From sequence record SRR31156797_933: 37,062 nucleotides of DNA; one strand, 5' to 3'. Made by a program: the position numbers and the translations under genes. Shown one piece after another: positions 1-8,640 of the stretch. The notes beneath the pieces were generated by a model that had not been told where the DNA came from, did no database searches, and saw only the letters and a list, made by a program, of their open reading frames with translations. Position 1 is the first letter of the stretch. Each line of letters starts with the position of its first letter.

Positions 1-83
1 ATCACCAATCACCAATCACTAATCACCAATAACCAATTACTAATCACCAATAACCAATTACTAATCACTATTAACTAATAACT
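1..83. repeat. Degenerate 7-bp tandem repeat array (AC[C/T]AAT[C/A/T]), 11 full units visible, truncated by window start
   Basis: Units from position 4: accaatc, accaatc, actaatc, accaata, accaatt, actaatc, accaata, accaatt, actaatc, actatta, actaata. Confidence 0.95.
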
Positions 84-121
84 TTTGTCTTTATTCTTTT
101 ATCTTCTTCTTACGATATAAC

Positions 122-129
122 TATCTTTG
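122..129 (+). promoter_or_regulatory. Bacteroidota primary-sigma -7 box (TATCTTTG)
   Basis: Exact TAnnTTTG match 18 nt upstream of ATG 148. Confidence 0.7.
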
Positions 130-147
130 TTGAAAATATTTATTTGA

Positions 148-912
148 ATGACACCCATTTCAGTAGTCGTTATTACGTTTAACGAAGAAAAAAATATAGA
201 TCGCTGTTTGGAATCAGTGAAAGATGTAGCAGATGACATAGTGGTACTTGATAGCTTTTCAAAAGATAAAACTCAGGAAATTTGCGAAAAACATGGTGCT
301 CGTTTTTTACAACATAAGTTTGACGGACATATTGAACAAAAAAACAGAGCCATTACACATGCAAAGTATCCTCATGTGCTGTCACTGGACGCAGATGAAG
401 CCTTAGACGATGTTTTGAAGAAGGAAATTTTAAAAGTGAAAGAGAATTTTACGGCTGATGGCTATTATTTTAATCGCCTTACCAATTATTGTGGTAAGTG
501 GATAAAGCATTGTGGATGGTACCCTGATCGAAAATTGCGTTTGTGGGATAGTCGAAAAGGAAAGTGGACAGGGGAAAACCCACATGATAGATATGAATTG
601 GAAGAAGGTTCAAAGCAAGTCTATTTAAAAGGGGATTTGTTGCACTATTCTTTCTATACTATTGAGCAACACATGGATACCATCAATAAATTCTCATCCA
701 TTGCTGCCAATATGCGTTTTAGCAAGGGCCAAAAGTTTTCATTATTGAAGTTATTGGTAAGTCCGGGGTGGAAATTTTTCAAATCCTTTTTTATACAGGG
801 TGGGTTTTTAGACGGTTTTTACGGATTTGTAATTTGTAAAAATTCAGCTCATTCAACATTTTTGAAACAAGTTAAATTATATCAGTTGTGGAGACAGGAA
901 AAGAAAAACTGA
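148..912 (+). CDS. Glycosyltransferase family 2 (LPS/LOS beta-1,4-glucosyltransferase, WaaE/KdtX-like)
   Basis: ISVVVITFNEEKNI, DSFSKDKT, LDADE (DxD) and GWYPD motifs; C-terminal GFLDG..G. Confidence 0.92.
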   Translation: MTPISVVVITFNEEKNIDRCLESVKDVADDIVVLDSFSKDKTQEICEKHGARFLQHKFDGHIEQKNRAITHAKYPHVLSLDADEALDDVLKKEILKVKENFTADGYYFNRLTNYCGKWIKHCGWYPDRKLRLWDSRKGKWTGENPHDRYELEEGSKQVYLKGDLLHYSFYTIEQHMDTINKFSSIAANMRFSKGQKFSLLKLLVSPGWKFFKSFFIQGGFLDGFYGFVICKNSAHSTFLKQVKLYQLWRQEKKN

Positions 913-1985
913 TTTGCTTTTTTAATTCTCACAAAGATTGGGGTGGAGGAGAAAAATGGCATTTTGAAATGGCTCAGCGTTTAAAAGGAGTTGGCTTAGA
1001 TGTTTTTATTTGTGCTCATCCGGATGGTAAACTTTTCAGAAAATGTCAAAGCGCAGGCTTAAAAGTTTATGGATTCAAAATCTCAAATCTTAGTTTTCTG
1101 AATCCTTTTTTGAAAAGGAAATTATATCGGTTTTTTAAAAATTACGCTCCGCAACATGTCATCTTGAATTTACCTTCAGATTTAAAGTCTGCAGGGCAAA
1201 TGGCTGCCAAAGCCGGAGTGCCTGATGTAGTTTACCGTCGAGGCAGTGCAATACCAGTTAAAGACTCAAAGCTGAATCGTCACCTTTTCAAAAATGTAGT
1301 GACACGTGTCATTGCCAATTCAGAAGAGACAAAGCGAACCATTGTGGCCAATAATCAGGACTTAATTGATAAAGATAAGATTTCAGTAATTTACAATGGT
1401 ATTGATATAGCAGAATTTGAAGATCAGGAGGTTGATTTTGTTCGGAGAGAAAATGAGGCTGTAGTTTTGGGGAATTTGGGAAGAATGGTTCATCAGAAAA
1501 ATCAGGTCTTCTTAATCGAGGTTATGAAGGACTTAATTGATCGGGGTCTCGATGTGCGTTTGCGAATTGGTGGGGAAGGAAGGTTGCGTGACGAATTAAA
1601 TGAGCTGGTAGAAAAACATGATCTGCAAAAGGTAGTTGAAATGCCAGGCTTCATATCTGATGTGAAATCATTTATGACCAATATTGATATTTTCCTCTTA
1701 TCATCTCATTGGGAAGGTTTTGGTTATGTGCTTGTTGAGGCTCAAATGTGTGAAAAACCTGTAGTAGCATTTAATTTGAGTAGTAATCCTGAAGTGGTCA
1801 AAGATCAATCTACTGGTATTTTAGTACCTGAAAATAATAAGGATGCTTTTGTGGAAGCGGTGGTGTCATTAATTCAAGACCAGCAAAAGCGCGAATTGAT
1901 GGGACGAAATGCTAAAACCCGGGCTAAGAAGTTGTTTGATATCAATAAGACCACACAAAACTTAATCGAATTTTTAAACCAATAA
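888..1985 (+). CDS. Glycosyltransferase family 4 (GT-B)
   Basis: WGGGE N-terminal motif, VIYNGID, SSHWEGFGYVLVEA (E-x7-E); GTG start overlapping upstream gene by 25 bp. Confidence 0.92.
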   Translation: METGKEKLICFFNSHKDWGGGEKWHFEMAQRLKGVGLDVFICAHPDGKLFRKCQSAGLKVYGFKISNLSFLNPFLKRKLYRFFKNYAPQHVILNLPSDLKSAGQMAAKAGVPDVVYRRGSAIPVKDSKLNRHLFKNVVTRVIANSEETKRTIVANNQDLIDKDKISVIYNGIDIAEFEDQEVDFVRRENEAVVLGNLGRMVHQKNQVFLIEVMKDLIDRGLDVRLRIGGEGRLRDELNELVEKHDLQKVVEMPGFISDVKSFMTNIDIFLLSSHWEGFGYVLVEAQMCEKPVVAFNLSSNPEVVKDQSTGILVPENNKDAFVEAVVSLIQDQQKRELMGRNAKTRAKKLFDINKTTQNLIEFLNQ

Positions 1986-2017
1986 AAAAAGCACCAATCC
2001 TCCTGATTGATGCTTTT
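1984..2017. terminator. Probable bidirectional intrinsic terminator between convergent genes
   Basis: AAAAGCA-C-CAATC / GATTG-A-TGCTTTT stem with A-tract before and T-tract after. Confidence 0.7.
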
Positions 2018-2037
2018 AGAAATTTTATTCTGATTGT

Positions 2038-3096
2038 CTATACGTAATCTTTTCTAATCATTAATCCTTTTTCTTCAAGCTCTTTAGTTGCAGCTCTAAG
2101 TATTGTTACTTTCTCTTTTAAAGGTAGGAATGCAGATTTAAATCCGTTTATGATTAAGTATTTCAATTCATCAGCGGTAAATCCGAATTTTTTTACTGCA
2201 ATTTCATACTCTTTAGTTAGCGTTGTATTGCTTATCAATCTGTTGTCAGTGTTAATTGTAACACGAAGCCCCATGTCGAAGAAGAATTTTAATGGATGCT
2301 TGTCAAAGTTAGGAACAGACTTGGTTTGTATGTTTGAAGTTGGACACATTTCCAATGGAATACGATGGTCGTTTACATAGTTTAGAAGATCGCCATCTTC
2401 AAATAATCGTACACCATGCCCAAGTCGGTTTGCATTATTGTAATGAATAGCCTGGTGAATTGATTCCGGTCCGTAGGCTTCACCTGCGTGTACTGTTGTG
2501 TTAATATTATTATTGATGATTAGGTAGAATGCCTCTTTGTGATCTTTAGCCGGGAAGTTGATTTCAGCGCCAGCTAAATCAAAACCGACAATTCCGCGAT
2601 TTTTATAGGCTACAGTGAGTTCTGCAAGTTTTAGCGTTACTTCCGGATCAGTGTGGCGCAAACCACAAATAATGATGCCAATTACAATATCAAAGTCTTT
2701 TTCGGCTTTCTTTTTACCATCGATAACAGCATCTAAAATTTCAGTAAGCTTAAGTCCTTTGTCCTGATGTAAGATTGGACTAAAACGAATTTCCAGGTAA
2801 CGCACATTTTCTTCAGCATTATCTTCAGCAAGCTCATATGTGGCTCTGCTTAATGCATCTTTCCATTGCAAAACTGAAGTCGTAACTGCAAAAGGTTTTA
2901 AATATTCTTCCAGACTTTTGCAACTTTCACCAACTTGAAGGTAGGCGGCCAATTTATCTTCACTACCAACGGGTAATTTAACTTTGTATTTTTGAGCTAG
3001 TTCCCAAATTGTCTTAGGTCTCATTGAGCCATCAAGGTGGCAATGCAGTTCAGCCTTTGGAAGGCTTTTTAAGAATTCGTAATTAAGTTTTGTCAT
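2038..3096 (-). CDS. add: Adenosine deaminase
   Basis: PKAELHCHLDGS, TVHAGEA, RLGHG, CPTSN and NTDN metal/catalytic motifs. Confidence 0.93.
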   Translation of the reverse strand: MTKLNYEFLKSLPKAELHCHLDGSMRPKTIWELAQKYKVKLPVGSEDKLAAYLQVGESCKSLEEYLKPFAVTTSVLQWKDALSRATYELAEDNAEENVRYLEIRFSPILHQDKGLKLTEILDAVIDGKKKAEKDFDIVIGIIICGLRHTDPEVTLKLAELTVAYKNRGIVGFDLAGAEINFPAKDHKEAFYLIINNNINTTVHAGEAYGPESIHQAIHYNNANRLGHGVRLFEDGDLLNYVNDHRIPLEMCPTSNIQTKSVPNFDKHPLKFFFDMGLRVTINTDNRLISNTTLTKEYEIAVKKFGFTADELKYLIINGFKSAFLPLKEKVTILRAATKELEEKGLMIRKDYV

Positions 3097-3098
3097 GC

Positions 3099-3812
3099 TT
3101 ATTTATTTTGTTTGAGGAGTGCAAAAACAGTTGGTTTTTTATGTAAGTCTATGTTTGTTTTTTTCCACTCACTTATTGTTTTTGTTTGAATATATTCTTC
3201 TGATGTTGTTATGTTTGATGCAATACATAAAAGAGTTCCCATATTACATGATTCAACCAATTGTTTTAGCATTTGATTATTTCTGTATGGGGTTTCCATG
3301 AAAATCTGTGTTTGGTTTAATTGACCTGAGAGTTTTTCGATTGTTTTGATTTGCTTGTCAAGTTCAGGTTGTTTTACTGGTAGGTAACCATGGAATGCAA
3401 ACGATTGTCCATTTAAACCAGAAGCAACCAATGCCAATACAAATGAAGATGGTCCCGTAAGGGGAATAACCTGAATGTTTTCTCTATGAGCCATAGCCAC
3501 TAATTGACTACCTGGATCGCCAATTCCGGGTAACCCAGCTTCAGATATTATCCCGGCATTTTTACCTTTTTTAACTATTTGAAGCATTTCTGAAAGTTCA
3601 GAGCTACTAGTTTTTTTATTCAATATCTTGAATGTGCTATTGTCAATATCGAATGTTTTATCAATTTTCCTTAAATATCGGCGTGTGGTTTTGATGTTTT
3701 CGGCAAAAAATGTATCCAACGAAACAATTCTTTGTTTCACTTCATTCGGAATCACCAGATCAACTGATGTATCTCCTAAAAGCATTGGAAGTAAAAATAT
3801 TTTGCCTGCCAT
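3099..3812 (-). CDS. SAM-dependent methyltransferase, tetrapyrrole methylase fold (RsmI-like paralog)
   Basis: SEAGLPGIGDPG, GPSS, FAFHGYLP and FMETPYRN motifs. Confidence 0.87.
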   Translation of the reverse strand: MAGKIFLLPMLLGDTSVDLVIPNEVKQRIVSLDTFFAENIKTTRRYLRKIDKTFDIDNSTFKILNKKTSSSELSEMLQIVKKGKNAGIISEAGLPGIGDPGSQLVAMAHRENIQVIPLTGPSSFVLALVASGLNGQSFAFHGYLPVKQPELDKQIKTIEKLSGQLNQTQIFMETPYRNNQMLKQLVESCNMGTLLCIASNITTSEEYIQTKTISEWKKTNIDLHKKPTVFALLKQNK

Positions 3813-3842
3813 TTTTTGAGTAATTTTTTTTGGGAAAATTGA

Positions 3843-3940
3843 GCAAAAGTAATGTTTTTAATTCATTCTCACAACTTTAATGGGATTTCAGCAAGTAAGC
3901 TCTTCTTGTTGGTGTTCGTATTATGATTTTGTACTTTTGC
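3843..3940. promoter_or_regulatory. Divergent pair of Bacteroidota -7 boxes (TACTTTTGC on each strand)
   Basis: gcaaaagta at 3843-3851 (minus strand) and tacttttgc at 3932-3940 (plus strand); the latter places the transporter start at 3962 rather than 3923. Confidence 0.7.
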
Positions 3941-3961
3941 ATTTCATTTGAATGCCTGGAC

Positions 3962-4867
3962 ATGATTAATTTATTTCTCAGAGTTTTTCGAAATAGGAAT
4001 ACTATATTGGTTTTGGCGGTAATACTGGGTTTGCTCATTGGTGACTATGCGGCCTATCTGGAAAAGTATACCATTTATGTGCTGGCTATGGTAATGCTGG
4101 TCTCAACAACAGGTATATCCCTAAAATCATTGGTGCCATTCAGAAATACGCTGAGTGCTTTTGGAGTAGGCATAGTGTTTAATTACTTCATTTTTTCAGG
4201 ATTGGCATTTCTTTTGGCCTGGTTGTTTTTTCCTGTAAATGCATATTTTATGGGAATTTTGGTTATTGCTTTTTCACCACCGGGAATTGCTGTTATCCCT
4301 TTTACACAAATTTTACATGGAAATTCAAATTATACCATATTAGCCACACTTGGTTCTTACTTGGCAGCAGTAGTTTTATTACCATTTGTTTTTGATCTTT
4401 TTCCCGGAGAATCATCTTTAAGTAGCATAGATATTTTATATTTCTTAATAAAAATTATCATCATCCCATTAGTGCTTTCCAGATTATTACTCATAAAGCC
4501 AGTTAGGCCTTTTATTGAGGAATACCGAGGCCGAATAACCGATTGGGGATTTGCAGTTATTGTTTTTGTAGCGGTTGGATTAAACCGAAGTGTTTTCTTT
4601 GAGTTTTCAGAAGTATTGCTAAAAAGTGTACTCATTCTTGTTTTGCTTACTTTTGTATTAGGATTTATATATGAGAGATTGAACAAGGTATTTAAATGGG
4701 TTGATGAGCAAACAGAAGTAAGTCAGAAATTGTTGTTGACTATAAAGAGCAGCGGATTTACAGCAACAACGTCAATGGCTTTATTTGGAAAGGAAGCTGC
4801 TGTGCCATCTGCTGTAATGGCCATTATGGTTTTAATATATTTAATATGCTTAAGCTTAAGAGGATAA
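3962..4867 (+). CDS. Bile acid:sodium symporter (BASS/Acr3-like) family membrane transporter
   Basis: About 9-10 hydrophobic segments, SPPG motif and IKSSG (family QNSG-like) motif; start moved to ATG 3962, downstream of the -7 box. Confidence 0.78.
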   Translation: MINLFLRVFRNRNTILVLAVILGLLIGDYAAYLEKYTIYVLAMVMLVSTTGISLKSLVPFRNTLSAFGVGIVFNYFIFSGLAFLLAWLFFPVNAYFMGILVIAFSPPGIAVIPFTQILHGNSNYTILATLGSYLAAVVLLPFVFDLFPGESSLSSIDILYFLIKIIIIPLVLSRLLLIKPVRPFIEEYRGRITDWGFAVIVFVAVGLNRSVFFEFSEVLLKSVLILVLLTFVLGFIYERLNKVFKWVDEQTEVSQKLLLTIKSSGFTATTSMALFGKEAAVPSAVMAIMVLIYLICLSLRG

Positions 4868-4871
4868 AGAT

Positions 4872-5633
4872 TTGAAAGTAACATTTTTAGGCACCGGAAC
4901 TTCACAGGGCATACCAGTTATTGCATGTCAATGTGATGTATGCAAATCAGCTGATCCACGCGATAAAAGATTAAGAACCGCTTTGATGGTAGAAGAAGGT
5001 AATGATCGTATTGTAATTGATACCGGTCCTGATTTCAGACAGCAAATGTTAACTTATGAAGTTAAAGAAATTTCAGCAGTGCTGATTACACATGAGCATA
5101 ACGATCATATTGCTGGTTTAGATGACTTGAGATCTTTTAACTTTGCAACTGGCAAATCAGTTCCTATTTGGGCCGAAAAACGGGTTTTGAATGTAATTAC
5201 ACAACAATTCCCATATGTGTTTGCTGAAAACAAATATCCCGGAGTGCCTGATTTACAGCTTCATGAGATTGCTGGCAATCCGTTTAAAATCGGATCATTT
5301 GAAATTGAGCCAATCAGGTTGATGCATCATAAATTGCCGGTATATGGTTTTCGTATAGGGAGAATGGCTTTTATTACTGATGTAAGTTATATCCCAGAGG
5401 AAGAGTATGAAAAGTTAAAAGGTTTAGATTTATTAATTATTGATGCCTTGAGAATTAAACCACATATATCTCACTTTAATTTAGAGCAAGCACTGGAGGT
5501 TATTGAAAGAATTAAACCAAAGCAATCATATTTTGTGCATATGAGTCATTATCTGGGTAAGCATACAGATATTGTAAAAATGGTGCCCGATAATGTTTGG
5601 CCAGCCTGGGATGGTATACAGTTAACAGTTTGA
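4872..5633 (+). CDS. MBL-fold metallo-hydrolase (PhnP/YycJ-like phosphodiesterase)
   Basis: LGTGTSQGIPVIACQCDVC, IDTGPDFRQQ, THEHNDH (HxHxDH), HMSH; TTG start. Confidence 0.92.
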   Translation: MKVTFLGTGTSQGIPVIACQCDVCKSADPRDKRLRTALMVEEGNDRIVIDTGPDFRQQMLTYEVKEISAVLITHEHNDHIAGLDDLRSFNFATGKSVPIWAEKRVLNVITQQFPYVFAENKYPGVPDLQLHEIAGNPFKIGSFEIEPIRLMHHKLPVYGFRIGRMAFITDVSYIPEEEYEKLKGLDLLIIDALRIKPHISHFNLEQALEVIERIKPKQSYFVHMSHYLGKHTDIVKMVPDNVWPAWDGIQLTV

Positions 5634-5636
5634 TTT

Positions 5637-6362
5637 ATGAAAGAAATTTCAGTAAAAGGTGTTCCTTTTTATCAATTTAGCAATATAAAGAGTCAAAATT
5701 GGATTACACAAAAACCCTTTGATATGCATAAAGAAAGAGGTTTAGTAAATCGAAGAAAACTAGTTGATATTTTGGAATTAGATAATGAAGTAATTTTTCC
5801 GGATCAAAAACATACAGATAACATTCAAGTTGTAACGGAATTAAATCCTTCTTATTCATTATCAGAATGTGATGCTTTAATTACTGCGAATAAGAATACT
5901 CAAATTGGTGTAGTTACAGCAGATTGTGTACCCATCTTACTTGAAGACCGTATGCAAAGTGTGATTGCTGCAGTGCATGCAGGTTGGAGAGGAACAGTGC
6001 AGAAAATTTTAGGTAACACTATTGAGAAAATGAAAACGGATTTTAATTGCAACCCTGAAAATATTTTTGTTGGAATTGGACCATCCATTTCTCCCTCAGT
6101 TTATGAAGTGGGAGAAGATGTATATAATGCATATTTTGATAAGGGTTTTGATAATGACTTGATATTCAAAAGGTCGGATAAAAAAGGTAAGTATTATCTT
6201 GATCTTTGGAAGGCAAATTTACTTCAGGTACTAGAAAAAGGAGTGCCTGAGAGTAATGTCGAAATAGCAAAAATGTGTACATTTACGCAAAATGAAAATT
6301 TGTATTCGGCTCGGCGAGATACAATAAATACAGGAAGATTGGCAGCCATAATAAAAATGTAA
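5637..6362 (+). CDS. pgeF: Peptidoglycan editing factor PgeF (YfiH/laccase-domain family)
   Basis: QKH, CDALIT, TADCVPILL, HAGWRG, IGPSI, YSARR..TGR motifs. Confidence 0.92.
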   Translation: MKEISVKGVPFYQFSNIKSQNWITQKPFDMHKERGLVNRRKLVDILELDNEVIFPDQKHTDNIQVVTELNPSYSLSECDALITANKNTQIGVVTADCVPILLEDRMQSVIAAVHAGWRGTVQKILGNTIEKMKTDFNCNPENIFVGIGPSISPSVYEVGEDVYNAYFDKGFDNDLIFKRSDKKGKYYLDLWKANLLQVLEKGVPESNVEIAKMCTFTQNENLYSARRDTINTGRLAAIIKM

Positions 6363-6371
6363 ATTTTTTTC

Positions 6372-6396
6372 CAACCTTTTTATTTTTTTGTGTCTT
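6372..6396 (+). promoter_or_regulatory. Putative ECF-sigma (auto)promoter CAACC-N12-TGTGTCTT
   Basis: AAC-N16-GTC geometry typical of ECF promoters, directly upstream of an ECF sigma gene; identical boxes and spacing recur at 10104-10128. Confidence 0.68.
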
Positions 6397-6438
6397 GTAA
6401 ATGAGTCGAAGTTATTGAAGACTGAAACTATTAGTGCT

Positions 6439-7458
6439 GTGAAGAAAAATTTGGATGAAATTTATTCAGCTTATGCTCCTGAATTGTTTAAAATATGTTT
6501 GAGATACAGCAATTCCAAAGCGGAAGCTGAAGATTTACTTCACGATAGTTTTATCAGGATTTACGAACGGTTGACTCAATATAAAGGTAAAGGTTCTTTT
6601 GAAGGTTGGTTGAAACGTATTGTGGTTAGTGTGGCACTAAACAAATTAAGAACGAACCGCTTTACACCGTCACATCACGAGTCTTTTGATGATATAAAGG
6701 AAGTTGATATTGAAAAGGAAAGTGATGATTTGCCCGAGGAGCGAGGATTAATTCTCGATGCTGGTATTGATCAGAATGATGTGATTGAATGTATGCAGGA
6801 ATTACCTGCAAAAGCTAAAGCCGTTTTTAACCTTTATGTTTTTGAAAAAATGAAGCATAAAGATATTGCCAAAGAATTAGAAATAACTACTAGTACATCA
6901 AAAACCCAATTGAAAAGAGCCAGAGTATTATTACATAAACAGCTATTGAAGCGAGCCAACATGAAAATGAAAAACATAAAAAAATTATCAATTTTGGCCA
7001 TCTTTTGGCCGGCAAGTAAATATTCCCATGTGGATGGAACGGTGAAATCGGCCTTGGATAAAGGCCAGGTCACGCCACCTGCAATGGATATGAATTCCAT
7101 TGTTTCATCAGCAAATAAATTAGAAAAACTTGCACTTGTTTCGAAATCTGGAGGATCAATTGTTAGTCAAGTTGCTACCCACATGAAGTCTAATGCAGTG
7201 GCGTATACGGTTGGCACAGTCGCTGTAGCAACTACTACAGCTATGATTACCTTTTTACCTTCTTCTATGAATGAAACAGAAAATATTGAACACATTACTC
7301 CACGATCAATTGAAAGTTTAATTCAACCTCAAGAAATATTAATAGAATCAATTCCTCAGGAAACTCCAAAAGTTATTCATTTTAATGATGTTAAAACTAA
7401 GCCGGATACCATTACTGTTTATGAAAGAATTCGGGTTGTAGATTCATTGAAAAAGTAG
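6439..7458 (+). CDS. ECF RNA polymerase sigma-70 factor with long C-terminal extension (anti-sigma-like segment plus putative transmembrane helix)
   Basis: Region 2 (CLRY..EAEDLLHDSF..GSFEGWLKRIVV) and region 4 (LP..AKAVFNLYVFE.MKHKDIAKEL..TSKTQLKRAR), then about 165 extra aa including AVAYTVGTVAVATTTAMITFLP. Start probably GTG 6439 or TTG 6415, since TTG 6388 overlaps the promoter motif. Confidence 0.88.
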   Translation: MKKNLDEIYSAYAPELFKICLRYSNSKAEAEDLLHDSFIRIYERLTQYKGKGSFEGWLKRIVVSVALNKLRTNRFTPSHHESFDDIKEVDIEKESDDLPEERGLILDAGIDQNDVIECMQELPAKAKAVFNLYVFEKMKHKDIAKELEITTSTSKTQLKRARVLLHKQLLKRANMKMKNIKKLSILAIFWPASKYSHVDGTVKSALDKGQVTPPAMDMNSIVSSANKLEKLALVSKSGGSIVSQVATHMKSNAVAYTVGTVAVATTTAMITFLPSSMNETENIEHITPRSIESLIQPQEILIESIPQETPKVIHFNDVKTKPDTITVYERIRVVDSLKK

Positions 7459-7587
7459 ATTTAATTTTCATTTTTACTTATTGTACTGACATGCAGTGCT
7501 AATCGATTGAGATTAGTGGATTTTTGTTATTTTTTTATAACAAAAAGAAAAAAAATATCTAAATTGAGGCCGCTAAAACTGCATGTG

Positions 7588-8631
7588 ATGTATTCAGGGA
7601 ACAGGCGAAGAATAGTATTCACAATTTCTTTGTTTTTGCTCTGTTTGTCGTTGATTGGTCAAAATATAAAAGAGGATAGCTCTGGGAAATACTTTCTGAA
7701 AGCTGATACTACTTATACAGATACGACAATAGGGGGAAAGAATGTTGTATTGCGTAATATAACAATTTACGACACTGTATATATTATACCTGAATCAACT
7801 TATCGTCCCCTTGAAATAGATACTTATCATAATCAATTTATTAATCCACTAATTGATACTAGTTTGTATGGTAGTCCGTTAAAAAACTTTTGGGACTTTG
7901 AAGTTGGTTTTGCTTATGGATTTGGAATTCCATTTCAACCCTTTATCGGATATCATGATGTTTTGAAGGATATAAAATCTATGCAGTCTTTTGAGGGATT
8001 TTTCCATGGTGCCAGATATTTTAATAATTGGTATTTGAAAAGTGGTTTAAATCTTTCGTATACTCAAGAAAAACAGAAGTTTTCCAAAACAACAGTGTCA
8101 GTTGATTCAACAAATTCCTACGTATTTACTTATGATTCCGTTATTATTGTTGTTGATTCACTTTTAGACCTGAATCAACTTCCCGATTCCGTTTATATTG
8201 TTGATATTGATACACTTGAGTATTATTTAATGCGCGATACTTTATACAAAAGTCAAAGAATCACAAAGAACTATGAGCCTGTTAATAAATACTTTCATAT
8301 AGGAGCCCCACTTTTATTTGGACATTTATTTAAATATAAAAAATTTGATTTTGCTCTTGAAGGAGGATTTTATTTTAATTTTTTAGTCAAAGTGAATGGA
8401 AAAAGTATAGATTATTTCAATGATATTCGTCAATTAAGAGAAAAATATTTCTATAGGTTTTCTACGGATTTAGCTCTAAGATTTCAGTTTCGGTATAAGC
8501 TAAAATCATTACGGTATGTAACCTTCACGCCACTAGTGCGTTATAATTTGATAGATGAATACAGCAGTGCAGACTTTGCGCGGAAGAAAAATTTAAGTTT
8601 GCGCTTTGCTATTGGTTATAATTTTTATTAA
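7588..8631 (+). CDS. Outer-membrane beta-barrel protein with signal peptide
   Basis: Signal peptide RRRIVFTISLFLLCLSLIG-Q from ATG 7588; alternating amphipathic strands (YFHIGAPLLFG, FALEGGFYFNFL); aromatic C-terminus LRFAIGYNFY. Confidence 0.72.
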   Translation: MYSGNRRRIVFTISLFLLCLSLIGQNIKEDSSGKYFLKADTTYTDTTIGGKNVVLRNITIYDTVYIIPESTYRPLEIDTYHNQFINPLIDTSLYGSPLKNFWDFEVGFAYGFGIPFQPFIGYHDVLKDIKSMQSFEGFFHGARYFNNWYLKSGLNLSYTQEKQKFSKTTVSVDSTNSYVFTYDSVIIVVDSLLDLNQLPDSVYIVDIDTLEYYLMRDTLYKSQRITKNYEPVNKYFHIGAPLLFGHLFKYKKFDFALEGGFYFNFLVKVNGKSIDYFNDIRQLREKYFYRFSTDLALRFQFRYKLKSLRYVTFTPLVRYNLIDEYSSADFARKKNLSLRFAIGYNFY

Positions 8632-8640
8632 CTTGTAACG

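Noticed and set aside
1-83. Repeat array as CRISPR or telomere-like sequence
   Set aside because: Contiguous 7-mers without spacers, and no cas genes in the window
6388-6438. ORF-track start for the sigma factor (MCLVNE...) and a 5-codon ATG ORF at 6401
   Set aside because: TTG 6388 overlaps the promoter motif; the mini-ORF is too short to support
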